Origin: Bacteriovoracaceae bacterium
GTDB lineage: Bacteria; Bdellovibrionota; UBA1018
Assembly (NCBI GenBank): GCA_947447665.1
Contig: CANFJX010000008.1
Coordinates: forward strand, 69,149-133,148
Length of the DNA stretch: 64,000 nt
Direction: 5' to 3'
Shown: in pieces, positions 51,173 to 59,889 of the stretch
Layout of the letters: each line of letters starts with the position of its first letter
How positions within the stretch are numbered: position 1 is the first letter of the stretch
Translations under genes and position numbers: made by a program
The notes under the pieces: model-generated
Database searches by the model: none
Told to the model about the DNA's origin: nothing
What the model saw: the letters and a program-made list of their open reading frames with translations, nothing else

Positions 51173-52312
51173 CTAAAACCATTGCCCCGACCACAATCGG
51201 TCCAAAAAATCTCTCCACGGGTAGATCGTAATGCCATCGACTTTACGAACTTTTGGGTCTTGGGAAACTACAATGTAATTTTGGATCAATTCTTCTTCTT
51301 TTAATGCCTTTAATCCCTTGAGATGTTTTTCTTGAACCAAGCTAGTCGATTTGATTTCAATCGCAAGCACGTCCTGGACAATCAGATCAACCTCTTGGCT
51401 ATGAACACTCCGCCAATAAAATAATTCGAGATCTCTTCTCAAATAGGAGACGTAGGCGCGGACCTCGCAAATGATAAACTGTTCAAACGCCTTGCCAAAA
51501 AGCTCACTCCCCGGCAAGAGATCACGGCGTCGGGCCAAATAATTCGTCACCCCCAAATCGAAGAGATAAAATTTAGAGCGCGAGATCGCCTTGCGTTTTT
51601 TGGTTTTCCAGAATGAATGCAGTCTAAACCCAATCAGAGTGTCTTCCAAAATCTCTACGTAGTTGCCTACTGTTTTTGCTTTGACCTGTGCATCACTTGC
51701 AATGCCCTCGAGAGATAACTCTTCTCCCGACTGGAGCGCCGCCACCTCGAGGAACCTTGAAAATTGGTCCAATTTTCTAACTAAGGCTTCAGCCAGAATC
51801 TCTTCCTTGAGATAGATGCCTACATAGGCTTTTAAATCTTCTAAAAAATACTCAGACAAAAATACTTTCGGAATCCCACCCCGATTAACATATTGAGTCA
51901 GGTCAAAATTTGGAATTTCTCGATAAGTCAGAGGAAAAAGATTGGCCTCCCACACCCTCCCACCGAGGAGATTCGATTCGCTTTGCCGTTTTAACTTTCG
52001 AGCACTACTTCCAGTCAAGATAAACTTTAATCGTTGTCTTTCGATGAGCCGATGCACTGAGTCGAGCAAAACTGGAAGCTTCTGAATTTCATCCAAAACC
52101 ACGATACGGCCCGGCTCCGACAGGGCGAGCTCTTCTTCGAGTAAGGCCGGACGAGCCAGCAAACGAGAAAACGTACCCGGTTCTAACAAATCATAATAAA
52201 CCGTATTCTCGATGCCCTGCACGAGAGTCGATTTACCGGTCCCTCGGGGGCCGAAGAGAAAGAAACTGTTCTTTTCTATCAGGTTTTCTAGATTCAAAAT
52301 GCGAGTAAACAT
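51173..52312 (-). CDS. AAA_14 ATPase with DUF4143 C-terminal domain
   Basis: GPRGTGKS, LDEIQK, TGSSARKL, KFYLFDLG, EVDL..AIEIKS. Confidence 0.88.
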   Translation of the reverse strand: MFTRILNLENLIEKNSFFLFGPRGTGKSTLVQGIENTVYYDLLEPGTFSRLLARPALLEEELALSEPGRIVVLDEIQKLPVLLDSVHRLIERQRLKFILTGSSARKLKRQSESNLLGGRVWEANLFPLTYREIPNFDLTQYVNRGGIPKVFLSEYFLEDLKAYVGIYLKEEILAEALVRKLDQFSRFLEVAALQSGEELSLEGIASDAQVKAKTVGNYVEILEDTLIGFRLHSFWKTKKRKAISRSKFYLFDLGVTNYLARRRDLLPGSELFGKAFEQFIICEVRAYVSYLRRDLELFYWRSVHSQEVDLIVQDVLAIEIKSTSLVQEKHLKGLKALKEEELIQNYIVVSQDPKVRKVDGITIYPWRDFLDRLWSGQWF

Positions 52313-52378
52313 ACCTTTTATTAGAACCTAAGTTTCCAAAAAAATCCACAAATAGAAATAGAGTTTCCTGTAACAGGA

Positions 52379-52496
52379 GATTTTGGGGGGATTTTGGGGG
52401 CGATTTTGGGGACGGAGTAGGGATTTCCGTCTTAAATTCAGCCGCTTAGGTGAACTCCGTCCCCATGTACATAGGTGAGCTCCGTCCCCATGTACA
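52379..52496. repeat. REP-like cluster: 3x GATTTTGGGG, 12-bp inverted repeat, 2x 25-bp tandem repeat
   Basis: TGGGGACGGAGT (52407-52418) / ACTCCGTCCCCA (52454-52465); TAGGTGARCTCCGTCCCCATGTACA at 52447-52471 and 52472-52496. Confidence 0.8.
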
Positions 52497-52510
52497 GATA
52501 ACGAGCGTGT

Positions 52511-52864
52511 TCATAGTACGGTGTTCTTCCAAGGCCCCGCATTATACACGTTACTAAAGCCTTTTCGCTTTAATAAGGCTAAAGCCATTCCGCTGCGCGT
52601 CCCAGATGCACAGCAGAGGACGATAGGTTTTTTACGATCAAGTCGATCCACTTCTCGCTCCAGCGCATCTAAAGGAATATTGAGACTTCCCTCACGGGCG
52701 CCGCTAGAGAACTCGCCTTGACTGCGAACGTCTACTACCACTGCCCCTTGCGCAAGAAGAGACGGAAGTTGTTTGCGCACCCAGCGAAACCTAAGAACGC
52801 GCCAGACGACGAGCCCAACCAGAACGGCAGGGATTAGATAGGTTTGTAGGTTTTCAAAATCCAT
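52511..52864 (-). CDS. Membrane-anchored rhodanese-like protein
   Basis: VDVRS..EF, NIPL, CASGTRS. Confidence 0.9.
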   Translation of the reverse strand: MDFENLQTYLIPAVLVGLVVWRVLRFRWVRKQLPSLLAQGAVVVDVRSQGEFSSGAREGSLNIPLDALEREVDRLDRKKPIVLCCASGTRSGMALALLKRKGFSNVYNAGPWKNTVL

Positions 52865-52877
52865 AACTTGGCTCCCT

Positions 52878-53486
52878 TTATTTTACTTTCCTACAGATTA
52901 CTTGTGTTACGGCACTCAATCCAAAATGGCCTTTGCCCTCTTGAATCTCTCTTTCGATTTCATGGGCTACGACAAATGCTAGCCCTGAGAGTTCTTCGTG
53001 CAAGTCATGAAGGGTCATCATAAGACTTGAGTCCGAAGGTCCTCCCGTTTTAAGCCCCAGCTGCCTAGGGTGATAGGATTCCAAAAGCAAAACTCCCCCA
53101 GGACGGAGTCCCTCTAAGACAGCGCGATGAAGTTTCTTTCTCAGCTCCTTGGGGACGTGGCACCAAATGGAGATGATTCCATCCCATTTTCCAGGCTCTA
53201 TTTGGTAATCACCAAGGTCACTCACGATCGAAGCTACAGATACCCCCTTCATTTTCGCTAGCCGATCCATCTTATTCAAGCCGACTGCCGACCCATCGAC
53301 TGCTGTCACTTTAAGACCCAGGCCCGCAAGAAAGACTGCATTGCGACCTTCACCCTCGGCTAAACACAACACCTCTCCAACATTAGGGATCAGATTTGCG
53401 TTTGCCTTTAAAAAATCGTTAGGCTCAGTCCCATAATAAAATTCATCCGTACTGTATCTGGTGTCCCAGGTATTCATTGTTGCCAT
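52878..53486 (-). CDS. Class I SAM methyltransferase (TehB-like)
   Basis: WDTRY..YGTEPNDFL, LCLAEGEGRNA, LRPGG, TGGP, EGKGH. Confidence 0.88.
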   Translation of the reverse strand: MATMNTWDTRYSTDEFYYGTEPNDFLKANANLIPNVGEVLCLAEGEGRNAVFLAGLGLKVTAVDGSAVGLNKMDRLAKMKGVSVASIVSDLGDYQIEPGKWDGIISIWCHVPKELRKKLHRAVLEGLRPGGVLLLESYHPRQLGLKTGGPSDSSLMMTLHDLHEELSGLAFVVAHEIEREIQEGKGHFGLSAVTQVICRKVK

Positions 53487-53900
53487 TGAGTTACGGCCTA
53501 CTCTCTGGAAGAATGAAGCTCATTTTTTCGACCCAAGCGAATTGAAATTTCATAAACATCTCGTTTATATTTTATTTATTATTAATACAAATAAAGAGGT
53601 CATTCCTATATTTTCTCAACAGTAAATCTCTTTCAGAGCCCGCAGGAGTTTGACGATTTTTTGTCGCGTATTCCGTAATAAACATGTGCTCCGTCCCTCC
53701 TAGTGACAGGGTGAGAGAGAGATTTTAGAACCTGACTCACTTCGTCGCATTTTTCCAGTATAGCTTTCGATACATTGCTTTTCATAGGCCAAATGACCTC
53801 AGGAGGTCATCCTAGGTCAATTATCCTATAAGGATCCATTTCATATTATATTATGCTAATACGTTAGGAATTCAGAGGCTGTACGGAGCACCTCTGCTTT

Positions 53901-54206
53901 TCAAGCAATCTTCAACGTCAACATAGGCTTAATCATCTGCAGGAATGTAATCAACCGATCCAAGGTAAACTTCTGAATTCTATAATGAATAATTTCACTA
54001 ACACGAGTCTCCGAAGTGCCCAACACCTCCGCAAGTTCTCGTTGAGTCATCTTCTTCTTCTTCATAAAAACAAGAATCTGCTCACAAACATCATATTTAG
54101 CGCGGTCTAAGGGAGAGGCATCGGGAGACAAACCTTCGGACCCCTTCACACATGCCATCTTTTTCCGAATTAATTTTAATTCCTGTTCACTAGGAAACTT
54201 TGCCAC
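53901..54206 (-). CDS. XRE/HigA-like HTH protein (probable antitoxin)
   Basis: GTG start 54206 after AGGAGG; MTQRELAEVLGTSETRVSEI..FTLDRL. Confidence 0.8.
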   Translation of the reverse strand: MAKFPSEQELKLIRKKMACVKGSEGLSPDASPLDRAKYDVCEQILVFMKKKKMTQRELAEVLGTSETRVSEIIHYRIQKFTLDRLITFLQMIKPMLTLKIA

Positions 54207-54499
54207 GAGACCTCCTAAAAGCATTAATAATAACGATATAATCTTCATCGGGATGCAAACACCAAACTAAACGATAGGGCTTCTGGCCAAAATAAAGTGG
54301 ATCATTTACAAAAATCTACCATCCTTCACCTGAAATCGAATCTGCCCCAAAGGTTCTGCCGTTCAACCCTTTCACCAACTCAAGAATCAACGAGTCATTC
54401 ATAGAATCTAAAATGATTAATCTCATAATGACTGTCAATGAGCACTCGATTGACTAGTTTTCCGTTGATCGTTAACCTTAGCAGGTAGTCTCGCCGCAT
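54190..54499 (-). pseudogene. Disrupted toxin-like gene upstream of the HTH gene
   Basis: MRRDYLLRLTINGKLVNRVLIDSHYEINH / frameshift / LDSMNDSLILELVK..GW*IFVNDPLYFGQKPYRLVW..IINAFRR; overlaps the HTH start. Confidence 0.65.
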
Positions 54500-54646
54500 A
54501 TACACTCTAGCCTACTCTAACTTACGTTTAAACGTAAGTATATTTTTTATCCTGTTTTACATGACTTCGCCTATACCGAGCCGAATCATACCCGGAACAG
54601 CCCCCATGGGCCACACCAGGACCGCCCCAATCCGACCACGCCTGCT

Positions 54647-54727
54647 TCATGGCCGTCTATTGAAATTAAGAATCTGAATCACGGTCTTCCCATACCAAAG
54701 TCCCCCATTCTTGGTCGTCCCAGGCGA
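54647..54727 (-). pseudogene. Possible C-terminal fragment of a serine recombinase (recombinase domain)
   Basis: 26-codon frame TTKNGGLWYGKTVIQIL, resembling the T(K/R)xGGxW..TV..IL motif. Confidence 0.35.
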
Positions 54728-54744
54728 CTATTTATAAAACAGCT

Positions 54745-55464
54745 CTAGGATTTGAGCTGGGACCGAAGGTGCTCTTGCGGCAGTCGAAACCAGGGTAACC
54801 CCGGTTTGAGATGGTGCAGATGATGGTACGCTCCGAAGTGATAACAGCTTACCAACGAGCTCCAGTAGGGCTGGACTGTATTGCGAGCATGGTGCTGGTC
54901 TTGAAAGGGTCGATTGCGTGAGTGGTGCGGGAGATAGGTTCCGAAGTAAAAGAGCTGGATTGCGCTTAAAAAGCTGGGGACCGCCCAAAACAACAGAACG
55001 TTAGGTTCTCTGAAGTGAAAGCCATGCATCAGAATTTGTGAGGCGATGGTCATCCATAAAAGCTGAGGGAGGCTCAGATAATGAGAAAAAAACCGGAGCA
55101 TCCAACTCAAGAATCCGGGTGAGTGACCCTGCTCGACTGAGTGAAAATCAGGGTCATTTTCAGAACCAACAAAGGCGTGGTGGTCGCTATGTTTGAGGAT
55201 AATGGAATCAAAGAGTAACCCGGCGTAGAGACCGGCTGCAATTCGACCGATCCACCGATTGACTCGAGGATAGTTCGGTGCCGCCGAACCATGACAAGCA
55301 TCGTGACTTGTGACAAAAAGCCCAACGCTTAGAAACTGTATCCAAGCGAACCATCCGAGGTTTCTAAAAAAATCAAAAGCAGAATAAATTTCCAAGTGAG
55401 TAAGCACATAGCTGACACTAAAAATCCAAGTAAGAATGATGCCAACTCCCATGAAAAGCGCCAT
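54745..55464 (-). CDS. crtW: Beta-carotene ketolase (membrane di-iron, fatty-acid-desaturase family)
   Basis: HDACHG, HSDHH..DPDF, QLFYFGTYLPH, CYHFG.YHHLHH..PW. Confidence 0.85.
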   Translation of the reverse strand: MALFMGVGIILTWIFSVSYVLTHLEIYSAFDFFRNLGWFAWIQFLSVGLFVTSHDACHGSAAPNYPRVNRWIGRIAAGLYAGLLFDSIILKHSDHHAFVGSENDPDFHSVEQGHSPGFLSWMLRFFSHYLSLPQLLWMTIASQILMHGFHFREPNVLLFWAVPSFLSAIQLFYFGTYLPHHSRNRPFQDQHHARNTVQPYWSSLVSCYHFGAYHHLHHLKPGLPWFRLPQEHLRSQLKS

Positions 55465-55568
55465 AGACTCCTGAAGTTACCAAATAGGTCACAAAAATCC
55501 AGGCATTCCTGCCTTACACCTATCCCTCGGTTGCAGCACCTGGAGTATCAAGGAAATCGGAATTTTAA

Positions 55569-55597
55569 TTGAAACAAGTAGTCGCAGCAGATACTAT
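55569..55597 (+). promoter_or_regulatory. Putative sigma-70 promoter of the cruF-to-blh operon
   Basis: TTGAAA-N17-TACTAT ending 9 nt before ATG 55607. Confidence 0.5.
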
Positions 55598-55606
55598 TCG
55601 GGAATC

Positions 55607-56404
55607 ATGATTTTGCTCGTTTTTATTAATTTAATTTCTATTTTTGGCTTCGCAACCTTTGGAATGCATCCAGAACTATTGGTCCGGTTTGAGTGGGCGC
55701 CGCCGATTTTTGCTGCATCCTATTCATTTTTTGCCCAGCTTCAGATCGCGGTTGGATTTGGAATTATGGCTTACGAATGCCAAAGGGCCTTTAAATCGCG
55801 TTGGATCAGATATTTGCTAGCTGCATCAGTCATTAGCTTTGTCATGGAATTTCTAGGGACAACTTTTGGGGTACCTTTTGGAAAATACTCCTACACTGCA
55901 CTTTTAGGATGGAAGATAGCAGGTCAGGTGCCATTACTGATTCCGCTGAGTTGGTTTTTTATGTCCCTTCCCAGCCTCTGGATTGCTGAACGTTTGCTCG
56001 GGGCCTATGGATCACCCTGGAGACGAGTTTTCCTGGGCTCACTCCTGCTCATGACCTGGGACTTCACTCTTGATCCTGCCATGAGTCACCTGACGCCATT
56101 TTGGCTCTGGGAAAGTTCGGGCTCAACCCTGCTCAATATGCCGATTTGGAATCTGGGAGGATGGTTTTTTACAGGGCTTCTCATTCTCTCGGCCTTTGAG
56201 CTTCTTGGATTTCCACGATCCCAACGTTGGTCAGACTCCCTCTTCCCTCTGAAGTTCTATTTCGCAAATCTTCTTCTCCCACTCGGTCTGGCTTTGGTAG
56301 CCCAGCTTTGGGTTTCGATTTTTGTCACTCTCGCAGTGATTCTGGGTTGCTACGGTCTTGCGCAGTTAACCAAAGAGAGCAGGCCCCTGCGGACGCCCTC
56401 ATGA
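55607..56404 (+). CDS. cruF: Carotenoid 1',2'-hydratase (CruF / DUF422 family)
   Basis: E..G..FGVPFGKYSYT..LG, VPLLIPLSWF, WD..LDP, WLW, PIWNLGGW. Confidence 0.8.
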   Translation: MILLVFINLISIFGFATFGMHPELLVRFEWAPPIFAASYSFFAQLQIAVGFGIMAYECQRAFKSRWIRYLLAASVISFVMEFLGTTFGVPFGKYSYTALLGWKIAGQVPLLIPLSWFFMSLPSLWIAERLLGAYGSPWRRVFLGSLLLMTWDFTLDPAMSHLTPFWLWESSGSTLLNMPIWNLGGWFFTGLLILSAFELLGFPRSQRWSDSLFPLKFYFANLLLPLGLALVAQLWVSIFVTLAVILGCYGLAQLTKESRPLRTPS

Positions 56405-57075
56405 GGGGACAATACTCTGCCCGCTTTCGGAGGCTGTTTGATTTCTATCTCCAGCTCAAACTCAGGAGTGGCTTTGAGAAAGTGATCTTTGAGCTTGGGC
56501 AGATCCAAAATCAACTGAACCCTTCAGTACCCGTCCTATTCGTCTCCAATCATATGAGCTGGTGGGATGGTTTTTTTCTTTTAGAGCTCCAAAAAAAACT
56601 GACTCCAAATTTCAGCCACTTCACATTGATGCTGGAAAGTGAACTTACTCAATTCCCTTTTTTGCGCAAACTAGGGGCAGTCGGTTTGGTCCCCCATGAT
56701 CCATTCAGCGTGGCTCGGTCATTTTTGGAGCTTCGCCGCCTTCGCCGATCTTTGGGAGCCTTGAGTATTGGATTTTTCCCTCAAGGCGAGATCAGGCCTC
56801 AACAGTACCGGCCCCTCGGATTTCAAAAAGGGCTTGATCCTCTCATTCGCCTTCTCCATCCAATTCAGGTCGTACCGGTAGCTCTACACATCGAGCCCAT
56901 GCAAACGCCCAAGCCATCTGCCTGGATTCGGACCGGACGAATCAGGAGAAGTGACCAGGAAGCGATTCGAACTGATGACTTGGAGGACGAGATTCTCCAG
57001 TTACTAAAGATCTCCGCTCTTGATAAATCCTTGGAGCTCCTCCGTGGACCAATCGCTCAGGAGAGATCCGTTTGA
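56401..57075 (+). CDS. PlsC-type acyltransferase, probable carotenoid glycoside acyltransferase (CruD-like)
   Basis: NHMSWWDG, FPQG; ATG 56401 overlaps the cruF stop (ATGA). Confidence 0.75.
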   Translation: MRGQYSARFRRLFDFYLQLKLRSGFEKVIFELGQIQNQLNPSVPVLFVSNHMSWWDGFFLLELQKKLTPNFSHFTLMLESELTQFPFLRKLGAVGLVPHDPFSVARSFLELRRLRRSLGALSIGFFPQGEIRPQQYRPLGFQKGLDPLIRLLHPIQVVPVALHIEPMQTPKPSAWIRTGRIRRSDQEAIRTDDLEDEILQLLKISALDKSLELLRGPIAQERSV

Positions 57076-58208
57076 TTTCGCTGATCGCGATCATTTTCTT
57101 GATCCTTCTTTGCAGCATGGGCGTGTTCAATTATTTTACTGCAAAGCGACTCGAGGACTTCGATGGGTGCCCACCGACTGCTTCTGAAACCGTGAGCATC
57201 CTGATTCCTGCTCGAAATGAAGAGCAAAATCTCACAAAAATCTTGAATAGTCTCGCTCACTCCTCATTCCACCCCAAAGAGATTTTAGTTCTCGACGACC
57301 AGTCTGAGGATCGCACCTACGAGGTCGCGCAAACCCTACTAGCAGCGGGAAGTATCCCGTTTCAGGTCATCCGGGGCAAAGCCTGGAGCTTATCCTCCGG
57401 AATGACTGGCAAAAATCACGCCTGCCAGCAGCTTGCAGAACTTGCGAGTGGAGATGTTCTTTTATTTTGTGACGCAGACGTAGTTGCCAGCCGGGAAGCC
57501 GTGGGCAGAACGCTTTCGATCTTGAATCACTACCCCGAGGTCAGCGGTGTCACCGGGTTTCCTAGTCAAGATACGATCGGCATTCGTGAGCAACTCGTAA
57601 TTCCTTGGATTGTTCAAATTCCCATTTTTTTATCAGTTCCCTTGGCCTTTTCTTGGCGAACTCGGTTTGCGTCCCTACAAATCGGGAACGGGCAGTGGAT
57701 CGCCATTCGCAAAAAGGCTTATGAAAAATTAGGGGGGCACGGCGCCTTAGGGCGAGAAGTCTTGGACGATGTAGCCCTCGCTCGTAAGTTCACTCAAATG
57801 AGGCAACCTCCGATCATTCCAGTTCTTGCCGCGCAAGACCTTCGAGTCACGATGTATTCGAGCTGGGACCACCTGGTGGAGGGGTTCTCTAAGAATGTGA
57901 TTCCACTCTTTGGAGGCACCATTCCAAGATTTATCGCCTTAATCGTTTGGGTAAATTTCTTGTTTTTTTCGCCTCTCTGGCTCCTTGCTTTTCGCTGGCA
58001 GTGGGCTCTACTGAGCTTATTTTTAATCCTGGCCTGCCGGATCATCACCGCTCGAGCCTTCAAAAATCCTACCTGGGCTGCGCTGAGTCACTTTAAATCG
58101 CTCCTCTATTTAGACTTTTTGGTTACACTTGTGATTCGTCACAACTTAACTCAGCCGATCCGATGGAAAGGGCGCCAGTTAAAATCAGCAACCGATGAAA
58201 CTACTTAA
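57072..58208 (+). CDS. GT2 glycosyltransferase, probable carotenoid glucosyltransferase (CruC-like)
   Basis: SILIPARNEE, DDQSED, GKNHAC, FCDAD, GNGQ, GGH..DDVALAR, MY..GFSKN, WKGR. Confidence 0.8.
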   Translation: MISLIAIIFLILLCSMGVFNYFTAKRLEDFDGCPPTASETVSILIPARNEEQNLTKILNSLAHSSFHPKEILVLDDQSEDRTYEVAQTLLAAGSIPFQVIRGKAWSLSSGMTGKNHACQQLAELASGDVLLFCDADVVASREAVGRTLSILNHYPEVSGVTGFPSQDTIGIREQLVIPWIVQIPIFLSVPLAFSWRTRFASLQIGNGQWIAIRKKAYEKLGGHGALGREVLDDVALARKFTQMRQPPIIPVLAAQDLRVTMYSSWDHLVEGFSKNVIPLFGGTIPRFIALIVWVNFLFFSPLWLLAFRWQWALLSLFLILACRIITARAFKNPTWAALSHFKSLLYLDFLVTLVIRHNLTQPIRWKGRQLKSATDETT

Positions 58209-59058
58209 ATCGAGAATTCCTTTTATTTTTGCATCTGCCGCCACTCTTGGGATGAGTGGCAATTCTCAATATGTCATTCCATTAATCGGGCTTGCTACGG
58301 TTGGAATTACCCACGGATCGGTAGATTATGAACTCGATCCATCCTCCAAGGATTCTCGACTCCTATTTTTTTCAGTTTATCTGATTGGAATGCTATCTTA
58401 TGGAGTGCTCTGGATAGCAAACCCAAGAGTCGCAATCATTGTTTTTATTATCTATTCTGCTAGTCATTTTGGTGAGTGCCAATGGAAGCAATCATACAGG
58501 AACACACCTAGAGATAACCTTCAAAGATCCATGGCATGGCTGTGGGGCCTTTTTGCAGCCGGTTTTTCGCCGCTTTACCACTGGGAAGAAACTCTACCCA
58601 TTCTTAACTTAATGATGGGTAGCGCTACCCGATTTTTGTGGTGGACGCCGGCAACCGCTCAGCTCCTCAGTTTTGCGCTCTTAGGAATGGCCTTAGTGGG
58701 TAGTCTGGCCTCGAAACCTCAGGAGGACTGGCTAGATGCCTTCACTTCATCCATTCTGCTCGCTTGGTTTTTGATTAAACTCCCGTTGCTTCCTGGATTT
58801 TTGTGCTTTTTTTCTTTTTGGCATTCATGGGACTCAATCTCCCACCAGATCCAAGCAAAAAACTGGAGTTTACTTGAATATTATAGAAAGGGATTCTTGC
58901 TGACGGTCGTCTCATGGATTGGAATTTTTAGTCTGATTTTTATACTAAATTACTTTGGCAAGTTAGCTAACTTCTGGTCTGCACTGTTTATGACCTTGGG
59001 TGCGCTCACAATTTCCCACTCACAAGCCATCAAACGCTTTTATGGAACGATCAAATAA
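58195..59058 (+). CDS. blh: Brp/Blh beta-carotene 15,15'-dioxygenase (retinal-forming)
   Basis: Four His motifs GITHGSVD, SASHFGE, FWHS, LTISH in a polytopic protein. Confidence 0.85.
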   Translation: MKLLKSRIPFIFASAATLGMSGNSQYVIPLIGLATVGITHGSVDYELDPSSKDSRLLFFSVYLIGMLSYGVLWIANPRVAIIVFIIYSASHFGECQWKQSYRNTPRDNLQRSMAWLWGLFAAGFSPLYHWEETLPILNLMMGSATRFLWWTPATAQLLSFALLGMALVGSLASKPQEDWLDAFTSSILLAWFLIKLPLLPGFLCFFSFWHSWDSISHQIQAKNWSLLEYYRKGFLLTVVSWIGIFSLIFILNYFGKLANFWSALFMTLGALTISHSQAIKRFYGTIK

Positions 59059-59093
59059 AAAAGCCCGGCAAACTCATTGGGTCTGCCGGGCTT
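59057..59093 (-). terminator. Rho-independent terminator of the rhodopsin gene (between convergent blh and rhodopsin)
   Basis: AAGCCCGGCA / TGCCGGGCTT stem followed by a T-run on the minus strand. Confidence 0.75.
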
Positions 59094-59115
59094 AAGACTT
59101 CTTGAACGAACTAAC

Positions 59116-59889
59116 TTAGTGCGCGCCCTTTGGCAAGGATCCATCCGCTTCGGATTTAGCATAAGCAATCCAATAGATCATTACACCGTAAAAGGCTTTT
59201 GCCAAAACGTCAGAAACGGCATAACCTACTTGAACTCCGACCAGAGAGGCTTCGTGAGAAATGCCCATCATCGGAAACATATAGGTGATCGGGTAGAAGC
59301 CCCAAGTCGCCAAAACCAACAACCGAATGTTTTTCATGAGAACTTGTACATAGGGAGGCTGACCAGGAATGGTCGCGCCCAATTTTCCCCACAATACTGA
59401 GAGAATATAGATGAAAGGGATAGTGCTTAAGGTACCCCAGATAGCGCGAGTGGTCATATCACCAGAAATTTCGCCAGGATATCCCAAGACAATCATCAAA
59501 AAGGCAGCGATAGCTAGCTTACCGAAAAGACCTTCTCGCTCAGATTTAGGAAGGTTAAGAACGGCAACCAATTCGATCAGGAGCAATGGAACAGTCAAAA
59601 GCCAGTCAACATAACGATAAGCATCGTTGAAGGGCTTGCCTGAAGCTACATAAGAGCCGTTCGTGAGAGTAAAGGCTTCTTCCCAACTATTGAAAATACG
59701 GAAGTAGTGATAGCCAGCAATTGCAACGACGACTGAAGAAATGAGAAGAGCAGGACGATACTTCTCACCTACTTGAGTTCTTGCACCAGTGAAAAAAATA
59801 AAAGCTGCAAACATTGCGGCAATCGTAAATGACAACACATTGTACACCAGCATAAACTGTGACGATGTCAGCTGAATCATGCGATTCAT
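59116..59889 (-). CDS. Xanthorhodopsin/Gloeobacter-rhodopsin-type light-driven proton pump
   Basis: 7 TM; AGYHYFRI (H61); FNDAYRYVDWLLTVPLLLIE (D95/T99/E106); LGYPGE; WG152TLSTIPF; WGFYP; DVLAK231. Confidence 0.95.
   Translation of the reverse strand: MNRMIQLTSSQFMLVYNVLSFTIAAMFAAFIFFTGARTQVGEKYRPALLISSVVVAIAGYHYFRIFNSWEEAFTLTNGSYVASGKPFNDAYRYVDWLLTVPLLLIELVAVLNLPKSEREGLFGKLAIAAFLMIVLGYPGEISGDMTTRAIWGTLSTIPFIYILSVLWGKLGATIPGQPPYVQVLMKNIRLLVLATWGFYPITYMFPMMGISHEASLVGVQVGYAVSDVLAKAFYGVMIYWIAYAKSEADGSLPKGAH

Noticed and set aside
52447..52496. 25-bp repeats as a CRISPR array
   Set aside because: Only two abutting copies, no spacers, no cas genes
56227..56400. Extended acyltransferase N-terminus
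   Set aside because: Lies inside cruF; the ATGA overlap at 56401 is the more plausible start
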